The notes: generated by a model from the sequence alone, not told the origin. Counted from the stretch's first letter, positions 38,759 through 53,646 are shown. The stretch: DNA of 64,000 nt from an uncultured Verrucomicrobiae bacterium (GCA_963834385.1 CAWIBO010000005.1:704001-768000), one strand, 5' to 3'. Numbers and translations are program-made.

Positions 38759-40027
38759 CTATCCCTGCGGCGAGGCCGCCGGCGCTGGCGCCGGGGCGGT
38801 TTTTCCTCCCGGGAGATCAAAGCTCCAGGAGGCCTGCATCTTTCGCGTGCCCGACCGCGCCTCGATGATCACCGCGACGTTCCGGTCCGCCTGTTTCCGC
38901 TGCATCTGGTAGGTGATGGTCTTCGTTTTGGCATCATAGACGGCCGGCACCTTGCCGACGCCGCCGATTCGCATGACCACGCTTTCCGCCTCGATTTCGC
39001 CGAAGGGCGCAAGGTTGGCCTTGATCAAAGGTGTCTCGTTCGGCGCCGTCGTCCCGGCGCCCGGCTGGGCCTGGATCGCCTTTGCATCCACCTGCGCCAC
39101 CGCCGGGCCGCTCCCGGTCGAGGCTCCGCCGAAATTCAACGCGTCTTCGAACACCTTCGGTTTGTTCGCCTCGATCAGGTAGCGCCCCAGCGAATCCATC
39201 GGTGACCCGAAGGTGAGCGGCTGACCGTAAACGGTGAACATCGCCTCGTAGCCGCCTTTCATGACCGCCTTCCGCACGTTCTCATCATGCTTGCCGTAGG
39301 GAACGGCGAAGGCGTTCACCCGGATGCCCAGCTTGTCCTCCAGGACCTTCTTCACCCCTGCGGTCTCGTTCGCCAGCCATTCCTCATACTCTTCCGGGGT
39401 CAGCTTTTTCTTCGCGATCGCGTCGTAGGCCTTGCGCAAATCCTGGTGGGTCGCGGAGTGCCCCTGGATATCCACGCCGGCATCCCGCATCTCCTCCAAA
39501 TTCTCCCAGCTCATCGAGCCGCCCCCGGCAAAATGGCCGGGCCGGACCCCCTCCGTGTAAATGAAGAGAGTGAAGGGAAAGCCGTACTTCTTCAGGATCG
39601 GCCAGGCCACCTCGTACTGCGTTTTCCAGCCGTCGTCGAAAGTCAGGACAACCGCGCGGGACGGGATGTTCTTTTCCCCGCGTTTCCAGGCCAGGAAATC
39701 CTGCATGGGAATCACCGGGATATTCTTCTCCTTGAGCATTTTCATCTGCTCCTCGAAAGCCTCCGGCGTGATCTCGGTGTCGGGCCGGCGAATCTTTTTC
39801 TCGAAACGATGATACCCGTAGACCACCACCTGCGCGTTCTGGTCAATGGCCGGCTTGGCCGGGGTCGCCGCCGGGACCGGGGTCGCCGGCGCCCCGCTCT
39901 CGGTCACTCCCGCCGCCGTGGCCGCGGGCGTGGCTCCGTCCTTCGGCTTCGCCACCTCCGACTTCTTTCCGCACCCCGTGAAAATTAAGGCGCCTGCGAG
40001 CGCCACCGCTGCCAATCGATTACACAT
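38759..40027 (-). CDS. lipoprotein polysaccharide deacetylase (CE4)
   Basis: Lipobox FTGC; TFDDG, HSATH, FAVPYG. Confidence 0.9.
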   Translation of the reverse strand: MCNRLAAVALAGALIFTGCGKKSEVAKPKDGATPAATAAGVTESGAPATPVPAATPAKPAIDQNAQVVVYGYHRFEKKIRRPDTEITPEAFEEQMKMLKEKNIPVIPMQDFLAWKRGEKNIPSRAVVLTFDDGWKTQYEVAWPILKKYGFPFTLFIYTEGVRPGHFAGGGSMSWENLEEMRDAGVDIQGHSATHQDLRKAYDAIAKKKLTPEEYEEWLANETAGVKKVLEDKLGIRVNAFAVPYGKHDENVRKAVMKGGYEAMFTVYGQPLTFGSPMDSLGRYLIEANKPKVFEDALNFGGASTGSGPAVAQVDAKAIQAQPGAGTTAPNETPLIKANLAPFGEIEAESVVMRIGGVGKVPAVYDAKTKTITYQMQRKQADRNVAVIIEARSGTRKMQASWSFDLPGGKTAPAPAPAASPQG

Positions 40028-40145
40028 AGCTTGTTAACCGCATTAAGACCCGATGAACAAAATACAAGCGGTTTTTGGAATCCGAATACCCGCTTGCCCG
40101 CGTTTTTCTCGTGTTATCTTCCCGCGGCGGTTCCCTGCTCGATCC

Positions 40146-40844
40146 ATGATTTCCCGACTTTCACTTCTCCTTCTCGCCCTTCTGCTCGGCGCCTGCGCCG
40201 GCGGACCCGTCACCCAGAACACCAGCCGCACTTTCAACACCGTGGTCGTCGATGCCGGCCACGGCGGCCGTGATTTCGGCGCCGTCCGCCGTTATGGCCC
40301 GCCGGAGAAAACCGCCGCGCTCGATGTCGCCCGCCGCCTCAACCGCAAGCTGCGCGAATCCCAGTTGCGCACGGTCATGACCCGCTCCAGCGACGTTTTC
40401 GTCCCGCTCGACCGGCGGGTCGCCATTCAGAACGCGCAATCCGATTCCATCGCCGTCAGCATCCATTTCAATGATTCGCGCCGGCGCGGCATCAGCGGGA
40501 TTGAGACCTATTACTCCTCTCCGCACGCCGCCTCTCTCGCCCGCCGGATCCAGGGGAAGCTCGTTTCCCTTCCTGGCACGGCCAACCGCGGGGTTCGCCG
40601 CGGCAACTTTCGCGTGCTCCGGAACGCCCGGTATCCCGCCGTTTTGGTGGAATGCGGCTACCTGAGCAACCGGACCGAGGGGCGACGCGCCGGCAGCGCC
40701 GCGCATCGCGAGCGGATCGCCGACAAGATTGCCGAAGCGATCGTGGAGGAACGCTACGGGGCGGGGGTCTACCATGCGCGGGCCCGCGCGGCCGCCGCCA
40801 CCGGGTCGACTACCTCGACCCCCTTCCACAACCCGGTCAACTAG
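40146..40844 (+). CDS. N-acetylmuramoyl-L-alanine amidase (Amidase_3), lipoprotein
   Basis: LGAC; VDAGHGG, EK, SIHFN, AVLVECGY. Confidence 0.92.
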   Translation: MISRLSLLLLALLLGACAGGPVTQNTSRTFNTVVVDAGHGGRDFGAVRRYGPPEKTAALDVARRLNRKLRESQLRTVMTRSSDVFVPLDRRVAIQNAQSDSIAVSIHFNDSRRRGISGIETYYSSPHAASLARRIQGKLVSLPGTANRGVRRGNFRVLRNARYPAVLVECGYLSNRTEGRRAGSAAHRERIADKIAEAIVEERYGAGVYHARARAAAATGSTTSTPFHNPVN

Positions 40845-40849
40845 AACAT

Positions 40850-40873
40850 ATCGACGCATCATGATGCGTCGAT
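40850..40873. promoter_or_regulatory. perfect 24-bp palindrome upstream of metH (candidate operator)
   Basis: ATCGACGCATCA|TGATGCGTCGAT, 7 bp upstream of a TTGCCT -35-like box. Confidence 0.65.
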
Positions 40874-40915
40874 TTGTCTCTTGCCTCCCGCCGCCGTTCG
40901 CCGTTTAGTTCCGGC

Positions 40916-44777
<3,862 letters not shown>

Positions 44778-44787
<10 letters not shown>

Positions 44788-44966
44788 GAAACCAGGAACT
44801 CAGGAAAAGAGCGAACGCGGAGCAAGGACCCGAAAAGGCCGCTGATCTCTCGCCCCACCACTCCTGCTCCTGCTCATGATCCTGATCTTGCTCTTCCTGC
44901 GACGCTGCCGCGCCTAAAGTTAGCGAATCAGGGAGAAAACGAATTAGGAAACCAGGAACTCAGGAA
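44778..44966 (+). repeat. two exact 29-bp direct repeats 160 bp apart
   Basis: AACGAATTAGGAAACCAGGAACTCAGGAA at 44778-44806 (includes the metH stop) and 44938-44966. Confidence 0.92.
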
Positions 44967-44976
44967 GGGGACTGCG

Positions 44977-45064
44977 TCACCGCTCACCGCTGACGGTTCA
45001 CGATTCACGATTCACGATTCACGGTTCACGATTCACGATTCACGGTTCACGGTTCACGATTCAC
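44977..45064. repeat. heptamer tandem repeat (TCACGRT) x12
   Basis: tcaccgc tcaccgc tgacggt tcacgat tcacgat tcacgat tcacggt... Confidence 0.95.
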
Positions 45065-45143
45065 TTCATTCACGCACTCCCCCCTTGTCTGGAATCTCAC
45101 AACCTCCGGATGTGCATTTGGCGAACGCAGCTACATTCGACGG

Positions 45144-45677
45144 GTGAATCGGCTTTGGTTTCTTCTGTTTTTCGTTTTCGCCTGTGTCCGGTCTGTCCCC
45201 GGGCAGGCCATGTTTTCCGACCAGGTGCTTTCCTCGCCCTCGCCCTCGCCCACCGCGTCCGTGGCGACGAAGCCCACCCCCACTCCCATTCCTTCCATCC
45301 TGCCGCCGGATATCGGCGCACCCGCTCTTCCCTCGGAGCTGCCGAACCTGCCTGACATTTCCGAGCTGGATCAGGCTTTCGAAAAATCGGATCTCGGCAA
45401 GGAAGCGGAGGAGAATCGTTATCGCGTGGAGCTGCGGAAGCTCAAGAATCAGGTCGCGCAGGACGAGGAAATCCGGAAAGCCCGCAAGACCGCCGACCGT
45501 GCCCGGACCGATCTCGAGCGCCGGCGGCTCCGCCGCGAATACTACGAACTTTATTATGGCCGAATGCGCGGGCTCGCCTCGAGCGAAGGCTTGAAGCGGT
45601 ATATCGACCGGATCAGGGACGGCCATATCGCCACGCTCGCCCAGCCCAGGGTGCGCCCCTCCTCTGCGGCAGAATAA
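45144..45677 (+). CDS. hypothetical secreted protein
   Basis: Hydrophobic N-terminus, Pro-rich linker, charged helical C-terminus. Confidence 0.7.
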   Translation: MNRLWFLLFFVFACVRSVPGQAMFSDQVLSSPSPSPTASVATKPTPTPIPSILPPDIGAPALPSELPNLPDISELDQAFEKSDLGKEAEENRYRVELRKLKNQVAQDEEIRKARKTADRARTDLERRRLRREYYELYYGRMRGLASSEGLKRYIDRIRDGHIATLAQPRVRPSSAAE

Positions 45678-45690
45678 ACCTCCGTTGCAG

Positions 45691-46410
45691 ATGACACCTG
45701 CTTCCAGCGACGCGCGTCTGCCGCTCGGGACAACCCGTTTGCTGGAATGGAGTCCGCTCATCCTCCTGGGCGGTTTTTGGTTCGCGATGGTCCTGCCGGC
45801 CACCCAGGATTTCTGTGCCCTCCTCCTGCGCGAGAATTATCCGGTCGAACTGCTCACGTTTCTCGCCGCGCTCGCTGGTGCCGTGATCGGTTTTCGGCTG
45901 GTGGCCCGCCTGCGCGCAGTCGGCGCGCCCGCCGGCGTTCGCCTCTTTTTCCTTCTTTTTTCGATCGGCCTGCTCTTGCTGGCCGGCGAAGAGGTCTCCT
46001 GGGGCCAGGACTTCTACTGGTACAAGACTCCCCGCTTCATCCGCCTCCATAACGCGCAAAACCAGGTGACCCTGCACAACCTCGAAATCTGGCACGGGCA
46101 CAATCATCTGCTCCGGCTCTTCTTCGGCGTCGGCGGCCTTCTCGGTCTCTGGCTCGGCCGCTTCCCGGCACTTCGCCCGGTCACGCCTCCACCCCTTCTC
46201 TGGCTCTGGTTCTCTCTCATCACCATGAAGAGTCTGGTCGATGTTTACGTCAAGAACGTGCCGGTCAGCGCCATGACCTTCTACGAGATCAACAAGGTCA
46301 GCGAAGTGGTCGAAATGATGGTCGCCTTCACCGGCCTGCTTTACCTCTGGCTGAAAACCCGCGCTGCCACAGGGCGAGCCGACCCCGCCTTGATCAGCGC
46401 CCGGGCCTGA
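45691..46410 (+). CDS. hypothetical multi-pass membrane protein
   Basis: RENYPVE, GEEVSWGQ, HNAQNQVTLHN; ~6 TMs. Confidence 0.78.
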   Translation: MTPASSDARLPLGTTRLLEWSPLILLGGFWFAMVLPATQDFCALLLRENYPVELLTFLAALAGAVIGFRLVARLRAVGAPAGVRLFFLLFSIGLLLLAGEEVSWGQDFYWYKTPRFIRLHNAQNQVTLHNLEIWHGHNHLLRLFFGVGGLLGLWLGRFPALRPVTPPPLLWLWFSLITMKSLVDVYVKNVPVSAMTFYEINKVSEVVEMMVAFTGLLYLWLKTRAATGRADPALISARA

Positions 46411-46430
46411 CTATCTTCCGTCTCTTCCAC

Positions 46431-46502
46431 GGCGCGTTCGTCTAGTGGTTAGGACACAGCCCTCTCAAGGCTGGTACACGGGTTCGACTCCCGTACGCGC
46501 TG
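46431..46502 (+). tRNA. tRNA-Glu (anticodon CTC), CCA not encoded
   Basis: GGCGCGT acceptor stem pairs with ACGCGCT; D-loop TAGTGGTTAGG; CAGCC-CTCTCAA-GGCTG anticodon arm; GGTTCGACTCC T-arm. Confidence 0.96.
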
Positions 46503-46511
46503 CGTTTTCTT

Positions 46512-47210
46512 TCAGACGGAAAACCCGAAGTGGCTCAGGTAAATCCGGAGATCCCAGAAGAGGGTCGCGATCTGGAAGCTGACCACGAAAAGAAGAGCGT
46601 GCGCCAGGGCCGGGCGCGCCTCGAAAAAGCGCCCCGTCGCTCCAGCCCAGGCACGGCGCACCGGACCGGCCGTGAGGAAGACCACGGTGCCAATGCCCAG
46701 CAACGCGCCCGCCAGCAGATCAGTCGGATAATGCACGCCCACGTAAATCCGCGGCAGGGCAATCACGAACACTATATAGAGAAGGAGCCAGTTCCCCACT
46801 TTCCGGTGCGCCAGCCAAATCCCGCACCAGAGCGCAAAAAACAACGAGGCGTGATCGCTCGGGAACGAACTCCAGTGTGACCAGTTCGCCTGGTCGGGCA
46901 ACCCGGTCGGCGGACGAAACTCCAGCCCATCAGCCAAAACCGGTCGCACCCGCAGCGGCAGGGTTTGCGCCAGCACCCGGGCCAGCACCAGCGCCAGGAG
47001 CGATCCCAGCACCCCGGCCAGCAGGGTCATCCGGCGGGCGGCTTCCTCCCGCATCGGCCGCGAAAACCAGAGACCCCAAAACACCGCCATGATGGCCGCT
47101 CCCTTCACCACATCACTGTTTGAGAGCACCACCACGATCCGGTCAAACAGCTCCCACTGTTGCGCTCCCTGATTCAGAAAAGTGATGACCGAGCGGTCGA
47201 ACGGATTCAT
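46512..47210 (-). CDS. PAP2 family phosphatase
   Basis: RVRP, SFPSDH, PRIYVGVHYPTD. Confidence 0.92.
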   Translation of the reverse strand: MNPFDRSVITFLNQGAQQWELFDRIVVVLSNSDVVKGAAIMAVFWGLWFSRPMREEAARRMTLLAGVLGSLLALVLARVLAQTLPLRVRPVLADGLEFRPPTGLPDQANWSHWSSFPSDHASLFFALWCGIWLAHRKVGNWLLLYIVFVIALPRIYVGVHYPTDLLAGALLGIGTVVFLTAGPVRRAWAGATGRFFEARPALAHALLFVVSFQIATLFWDLRIYLSHFGFSV

Positions 47211-47309
47211 CGGCCCTTCCGTTCTACAGGAGCCCGCCCGTTCTTCGCAACTGCTCGTCTCTCTTTCCTTTCATTGTGCCAAAGCGCAATTTCGGCTCTT
47301 CCTTCACCC

Positions 47310-48029
47310 GTGCCCGCTCGCGTTGCCCTCCTCCTTTGCATTTCCCTCCTCGCCGCCTGCGAACGGCCCGAAATCTTTGAGGGACGCGCCACCATCCTCG
47401 CGGTCGATGGCGACGCGGTCCTGCGCCGGGGCGACGCCCGCATTCCGCTGACCACCGCGGTGCAACCGCGCCCCGGCGATCGCATCCGCCTCGCTAAAGG
47501 CGCCACGGCGACCATCTCGCCCCTCCCGGGTCTGCGGCTGACTCTTTCCGATCGGGCCGAAATTCTCTTTGAGGAATTGCGGGTGCAAAAGCGCGGTGAC
47601 GCCACCTCCGGAGCGATGCGCTCGCGGCGGGCCGAGTTCTGGCTCTTTCGCGGAAAAGTCCGGGTCGGCGTGGCCGGATTTCGTGAGGGCGCGGAGACCA
47701 GTCTTCTTCTCCGCATGGACCCGGGCGCGATCGAGGCCGGCCGCGGCGCCATTTTTTCCGTTGAAACCGGCCCTGCCGGGGCGCAGGCCGTTTGTGCCGA
47801 TGGCCGGATCCGCTTCTACAAGCAGGGCCTCGATGAGATGACGGAAATTCCCCAGCGGCGCTGGAAAAGCTGGACGCCCGCCGGGGATACCGTGACCAAT
47901 CTCGCCAGCGTTCGCGGCCACCCGGAACTCGAGGAAGAGCTGGGAGCCAGCCTCGCCGCCGCCCGGGCTGCCTTTAATATGGAACAGGGCCGGCGAGGGC
48001 TGTTGCCGGGTAAACCCTCTTCACCCTGA
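47310..48029 (+). CDS. lipoprotein with FecR-like beta domain
   Basis: GTG start, LLAAC lipobox; GDRIRL, GKVRV, RGAIFSV, CADGRI pattern. Confidence 0.6.
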   Translation: MPARVALLLCISLLAACERPEIFEGRATILAVDGDAVLRRGDARIPLTTAVQPRPGDRIRLAKGATATISPLPGLRLTLSDRAEILFEELRVQKRGDATSGAMRSRRAEFWLFRGKVRVGVAGFREGAETSLLLRMDPGAIEAGRGAIFSVETGPAGAQAVCADGRIRFYKQGLDEMTEIPQRRWKSWTPAGDTVTNLASVRGHPELEEELGASLAAARAAFNMEQGRRGLLPGKPSSP

Positions 48030-48100
48030 AGTATTTTATTGCCGAAACGCGTGGAAAAGATACAATCACGCGCTCTAATCAGAAGTTCCAGAATAAGCCT

Positions 48101-48430
48101 ATGACCCTCCGTTCCCTCTCCCGCCTTGCTCTTGCCACCCTCCTCAGTGCGTCGCTTTCCCTCTCGGCGACCGCTCAGACCACCACCAGCGGCGACGACG
48201 CCCGCAAGGTGAAATCGCCCGAAAAGCCGACGCCGACGCCCAAGCCGTCGCCCACGCCCAAACCTTCTCCGACCCCAAAGCCGTCGCCTACCCCGAAACC
48301 GTCTCCGACTCCGACGCCTAATCCGACGCCAAAGCCGACCAAGCCGCCGAAGCCAACTCCGACGCCTAAGCCGTCGCCGACGCCGAAGCCAACGGCTACG
48401 CCTAAACCGACGGCTACGCCTCGGCCCTGA
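48101..48430 (+). CDS. secreted Pro/Thr/Lys hexapeptide-repeat protein
   Basis: Signal peptide followed by ~11 P[S/T]PTPK units with synonymous DNA variation. Confidence 0.8.
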   Translation: MTLRSLSRLALATLLSASLSLSATAQTTTSGDDARKVKSPEKPTPTPKPSPTPKPSPTPKPSPTPKPSPTPTPNPTPKPTKPPKPTPTPKPSPTPKPTATPKPTATPRP

Positions 48431-48477
48431 GCGGACTTCCAACCTCACCGACCGCAGTTCCGCACTTGGGTATCTTT

Positions 48478-49909
48478 ATGAGGCAGCCAGGCCGCTCCGG
48501 GCTGGTTCGCCCCATGTTCTCACGCCTGTTTGTGCTTCTCGGGCTGCTCGCCAGCGCTTCCCTGCTTGCCGGCGGAGGAGATCACGGATTTTGCCGCCCC
48601 GGACCCGGCACCGGCCTACGCCGCGGCTGATCCGGTCACGGAGTATGCCGCCTTGGACGAAGCCCTCCTCCCGGTCGAACCGGCCTACCTCACGGCCCAA
48701 CCGGACGCGGTGGCCGAAGTCGACGCGGAGACCCCATTGCCGGAGAACGACGGGCCACAGGTGATCACCTCCCCGGACCAGGAGGTCTCAGCGCACGTCC
48801 GCCGCTTTCATTACCGGCTTCGTGTCACCGTGCGCGGCGCCTACGACGACAACATCAATCTCTCGAATGTGAATCCAGTCGAGGATTACTACGTCTCGGT
48901 CGAACCGTCGCTGATGCTCGGTTTCGGCGCGATCGAGGGGGGCGGCGATAATTTTCTCAAGGCGGAATACACCCCCATCTTCACCGCCTTCATGGAGAAC
49001 ACACAGTTCAACACTCTCCAGCATACTTTCCAGGCTTCCGGTCAATGGAAACTGAGCCGGCTTACCCTCGGGCTCAGCCAGCAGATTCAATTGCTTGAGG
49101 GACCGGACATCGATCTGCTCAGCAACCTCGAAGGCGTCACCTTTTCCAACGTCAACATCGACGCCGGCGGCCGCCAAAAAACGAACATTTACGGCACCAC
49201 CCTGACCGCCGCTTACGATTTCACCGGCAAAACGTTCGTCAGCAGCACGCTCAACTGGGGCTTGAGCGACCCGGAAGGCCTGATCGGCACCCAGACATTC
49301 AGCGGCGATCTTTTCCTGAACTATCGCTACAGCCAAAAGCTCACCGTCGGCCTCGGCGGTGGCGCCGGCCAGCAGTTCGTCGAGGCGCCCAGCCCCGATT
49401 CCCATTTCGAGGAGGCACGGGTTCGTCTCGGCTACGACGCCACGGGCAAAGTGCAGTTCAACGGGTCGGCCGGTGTCCAGTTCCGGCATTCGGATGGCGA
49501 TAACTCCACCTACACCACGCCCGTTTTTCAGCTCGGCATGAATTACAAGCCGTTTGACGGCACCACGGTCAACATTTCCGGCACCCGGCGCACCACCGCT
49601 TCGGCCGCCCTCGCCGGGCAGGACTTCGCCGCCACGGAGTTTGTCGGCAGCATTCGCCAGCGCTTTCTCGGCCGGTTCCTGCTTGGGCTGACCGGAGGTT
49701 ACAGCAATCTCGCTTATTTCGGCTCGGCCAGCGGGGTCAGCGGCGGTCGCGAGGATAACTACTATTTTATCCAGCCTTCGGTTGATGTTAGACTGACGAA
49801 CTTCTGGTTCGTCGGCCTTTACGCCGTTCACCGCGAGAATGACAGCACCGCCACCCTTTTCAGTTTCGAGGAGAATCAGGCGGGCCTCCGGACCGGTCTT
49901 CAGTTCTAG
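48478..49909 (+). CDS. outer-membrane beta-barrel of the EPS export locus; probable +1 frameshift ~48571
   Basis: Signal MFSRLFVLLGLLASASLLA in an adjacent frame; GAYDDNI, amphipathic strands, C-terminal Phe. Confidence 0.8.
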
Positions 49910-49934
49910 GTCCTTCTTTCCCCGGCGTCACCCT

Positions 49935-50647
49935 ATGCTTTGTCGTCTTTTCATGCCCTTGCTCCTTGCGGCCACCTGCGTCACGGCCGGCGCGCAACAA
50001 CCCTCGCCCGGAACCGCCGCCGCTTCACCCGCGGCCACCCCCCTGGTCGATCTCGGCCCACCCCGTGCCGTGCCCGTCGCCCCGCCCCGCACCTCTTCCG
50101 CCACGGCCAACCCGAACGCCATCAGCGCCCCCAGCAGTTACCGTCTCGCGCCCAAGCGACCAGGTCGTCCATCGAGGTTTTCGGCGAGGACGATCTGCGC
50201 ACCAACGCCCGCCTTAATTCCGACGGCGCCCTCAGCCTGCCGCTCCTCGGCGCGGTCAAACTGGCCGGGCTGACCCTGAACGAGGCGGCATCACGCCTGA
50301 CCGAGCTTTACGGTCGCGATTATCTCGTCAGCCCGAAGGTCAACGTCACCCTCGTCGGATACGCCAAACGTCGCTTCACCATCCTTGGCCAGGTCAATCG
50401 CCCCGGCAGCTTCGAGATGCCCGACGGCAGCCCGAATGGCATTGATTTGCTCGAGGCCATCGCCATCGCCGGCGGTTACACCCGTATCGCCGCCCCTGAA
50501 CGGATCAGCGTCCGCCGCAAAAGCGAAGGCGGCGACAAAGTCCTGCGCGTCAACGCCAAGCGCCTCGCCAAAGGCCAGGGCGCCAACGCCGGCGGCTTCC
50601 GCGTCGAACCCGGCGACACCATCACCGTAGGCGAATCGATCTTTTAA
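49935..50647 (+). CDS. polysaccharide export protein (Wza/OPX-like); extra bases near 50154 and 50170
   Basis: YRLAP-SDQV-IEVFGEDDL...DGALSLPLLG (PES motif), SLBB GQVNRPG, AIAIAGG. Confidence 0.88.
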
Positions 50648-50828
50648 AAAGCTGAAAACTGAAAAGCTGAAAAGCTGACATAAGAATGAATCAGGAAAGC
50701 AGGAGGGAAAGAGGATGGAGAGTAGAGGATAGAGAATCGCCGCTCCCCGATAACCAATAACCAATAACCGATCACCGCGCCGTCCCGGCGCTCCCCCTTC
50801 TTCCTTCATAATTCATAATTCTTAATTC
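50648..50828. repeat. mosaic of short tandem repeats (AAAAGCTG, GGATAGA-like, TAACCAA, ATAATTC) plus the 16-mer hairpin
   Basis: Read directly in the wza-wzc intergenic region. Confidence 0.85.
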
Positions 50829-50836
50829 AATCAGCA

Positions 50837-53325
50837 ATGCCCCTCCCAGAAACACCGCGCCCCGCCAAAGCCGCACCCCTTACCTACGCCGAACCGCCGC
50901 GCGGCTTTGATTTCCGCCAGCTCTGGCATGCCGTCCTCGAGCGCGCCTGGATCGTCATCCTCTGCACCGCTCGCCGGTCTTTTTCTCGCGCTCGGACATC
51001 TCGCCCGTACCCCGAAGATTTATCAGGGCCACATCACGCTCGAAGTCGATGTCGCGGAGCAAGGCATCAATGCCGCCGATTCCGGCGACACCGCCGGGCG
51101 GGTCCGCTCCATGTTCCTCGCCAGCCAGGAAGCGCTCCGCACCATTGAACAGAATCTCACCAACCGTTCCATGCTCGCCCGGGTCATCCGCTCGGAAGGG
51201 CTCGCCTCGGACGAGGGCCGCGCCCTCCTTGGTCACACCGACAAAAAAGCGCCCACACCGCCGCCCGCCCCCGCAAAACCTGCCGCAGCCTCGGAGCGCG
51301 AGTCGGCCTTTACCCCCATCGAGAACGCGCTCGCCGGCGCTCTTGCCGGCATGGTCAAGCCGGTGGTCCGTCGCGGCACCCGCCTGATCGACGTTTATGT
51401 CACGCACACGGACCCCGCCATGGCCCAGCGCCTGGTCGAGGCGGTCGGCCGCGAATACATCCGCGGCTCGGTGGCCCGCCGCGCTTCCTCCACCCAGGAC
51501 ACCCTCCGTTATCTCCTCGAGGAAGAGGAACGGCTGAAAGCGAATTTGCAGAAGAGCGAGGCGGCCGTGGCCGAATACAAAGCGAAGACGCCTGACGCCC
51601 TCCAGCTCGGCGGCGGCGCCGCCTCCACCGGCAGCCAGCAGGGCGCCGGTTCGGGCTCGGGCGGCAGCCGGGGCGGGTTGGTCGAGGATCGGTTGCAGGA
51701 AATGAGCGGGAAGTTCACCGGGGCCAAAACGGAACGGCTCCGACTCGAGGGCGAGCTCGGGCCAGGTCGAACGCGCCGGGGAAGATGTGGACGCGCTCCT
51801 CGCCATTCCCAGCATCGCCAGCGCGCCTGTGGTCATGGACCGCCGCCGCGAGCTGGCGCAGGTGCAGGCGGCCGTGGCCACGCTTTCCCAGCGCTACAAG
51901 GAACAGCATCCCCGCATGATCGCGGCCAAGGCGGCCCTCGAGGAAGTTCAGGCCGCCCTGAAACGCGCCGTGCTCGAGCAGCCCGCCACGCTCCGCAACG
52001 CCCTCCAGCAGGCTCGCGCCACCGAGGAACAAATGGCCGCCGCCGTCACGGAACAGGAGAAAGCCGCCATCGCCCTCAACCGCGCCGCCATTGGCTACCA
52101 GGAACTGGCCCGGCAGGCCGAGACCGACCGCGCGCTCTACGAAAGCGTCCTGCGCCAGATCAAATCCACCGACCTCAGCAAAGGCGTAAAGAGCAACGCC
52201 GTCAGCGTCGTGCAAAATTCACCCTTGCCCGGCCGCCCGATCAGTCCGCAGCCCATGAAAACGATCATGCTCGGCCTTTTCGGCGGTCTCGCCGCCGGCC
52301 TCGGCGTCATCTACGCCCTGAACATGATCGATCGTTCCCTGAAAACGGTGGACGAAGCGGAATCGAACCTCGGCATGCCGGTGCTCGCCGCCGTTCCGGA
52401 AGTGAAAAATCGCGAAGCGTCCAGCCGTCCGAAGGAGGAGATGGAGGGCGAGATCGGGAGCGCCAGTTACCGGCTCCTTGCGGAAGCGCCGGAAGGCCCT
52501 GCGGCCGAGGCCTTCCGCAACCTGCGCGCCGCGCTTTCCTTGCTCGGGCCCGAGGCCGAACGTCGCGTTTTCCTCTTCACCAGCGCGCTCCCGGCGGAAG
52601 GCAAAAGTTTCACCAGCGCGAATTACGCCCTTTCCCTCGCGCAGCAGGGGCACAAGGTGCTCCTGATCGACGGCGATCTGCGCCGGCCGAGTCTCGACAA
52701 GATTTTTCGCCGGGTGCTTCCCCCTAACGCCCGGCCCACGGATGAGTTCGGGATCGTCGATTACCTGATCGGCAACACCACCCTGCAGGAGGCGATGCAT
52801 CCTGTCTCCGCCTCGCAGGTGGACGTGCTCGGGTCGCGCGAGAACCGGCAGGCCACCGTCACCGCCACGGGCGGCGAACTTTTCCTGCTCGCCGGCGGCC
52901 AGCGCGCCCCCAACCCGGCCGAGCTGCTCAGCGGCCACGTCTTTGCCGAGCTGGTCGCGGCCGCTTCCAAGCTTTTCGACCGCGTGGTCATCGACAGCGC
53001 GCCCGTCCTGGCGGTGAGCGATACCCTGCTCATGACCGCCTACGTCCAGACCGTCTGCATGGTGGTGCGCTCCCGCAAAACCCCGCGCAACGCCGTGCAG
53101 CGCGCCCTCGCCATGATCGCCGGCACCGGCATTCGCCCGGCCGGCGTGATCCTGAACCGGATGCCGCGCCAGCGCGGCGCCGGCTACTATTATTACTACG
53201 CGTCGCCCGGCTACGGCGCCGGCGAAGGCGCCTACAGCGGCGCGGGGTATGAGAGGAAGCCGGCTGGGCGCAGCCCGGCTGCCGGTGGTCAGAAGTCTGA
53301 AGTCGGAAATCGGAATTCAGGCTGA
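50837..53325 (+). CDS. polysaccharide co-polymerase / tyrosine autokinase (Wzc/GumC); +1 frameshifts ~50969 and ~51760
   Basis: DFRQLW, YKEQHP, AEAFRNLR, ALPAEGKS, DGDLRRP, VIDSAP, GYYYYY cluster. Confidence 0.92.
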
Positions 53326-53426
53326 TCGCACAAGCGCAGCCGGCTGCCCGCGAGCTGCGGAAGCTTTAGGTCTTAAGCTTTAAGTTTTAAGTGTGCGCGC
53401 GCGCGCTGCGCGGCATCTTCCCCCGC

Positions 53427-53450
53427 GGAGGGACGAGCTTCTGCTCGTCC
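53427..53450 (+). repeat. REP-like element: GGAG tag + 8-bp hairpin
   Basis: GGAG-GGACGAGC-TTCT-GCTCGTCC. Confidence 0.55.
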
Positions 53451-53465
53451 AAGCCTGCAGCAAAC

Positions 53466-53591
53466 TAACCAATAACCAATAACCAATAACCAATAACCAA
53501 TAACCAATAACCGCGCCGCCCCCGCCGCCCATCACCGATCACCGATCACCGATCACCGATCACCGATCACCGATCACTGATCACCGATCAC
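53466..53591. repeat. heptamer arrays (TAACCAA)x6 and (ATCACCG)x8
   Basis: 53466-53512 and 53531-53591. Confidence 0.95.
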
Positions 53592-53646
53592 TCGCGCCGT
53601 CCCGGCGCCCCCCGGCCTCCGACCTCCGGCACCCTCCGACCTCCGG

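Noticed and set aside
40845..40915. SAM or cobalamin riboswitch upstream of metH
   Set aside because: The intergenic region is only ~70 nt and lacks recognisable aptamer motifs.
46431..46502. tRNA-anchored genomic island or prophage
   Set aside because: No integrase and no duplicated tRNA 3' end seen in the window.
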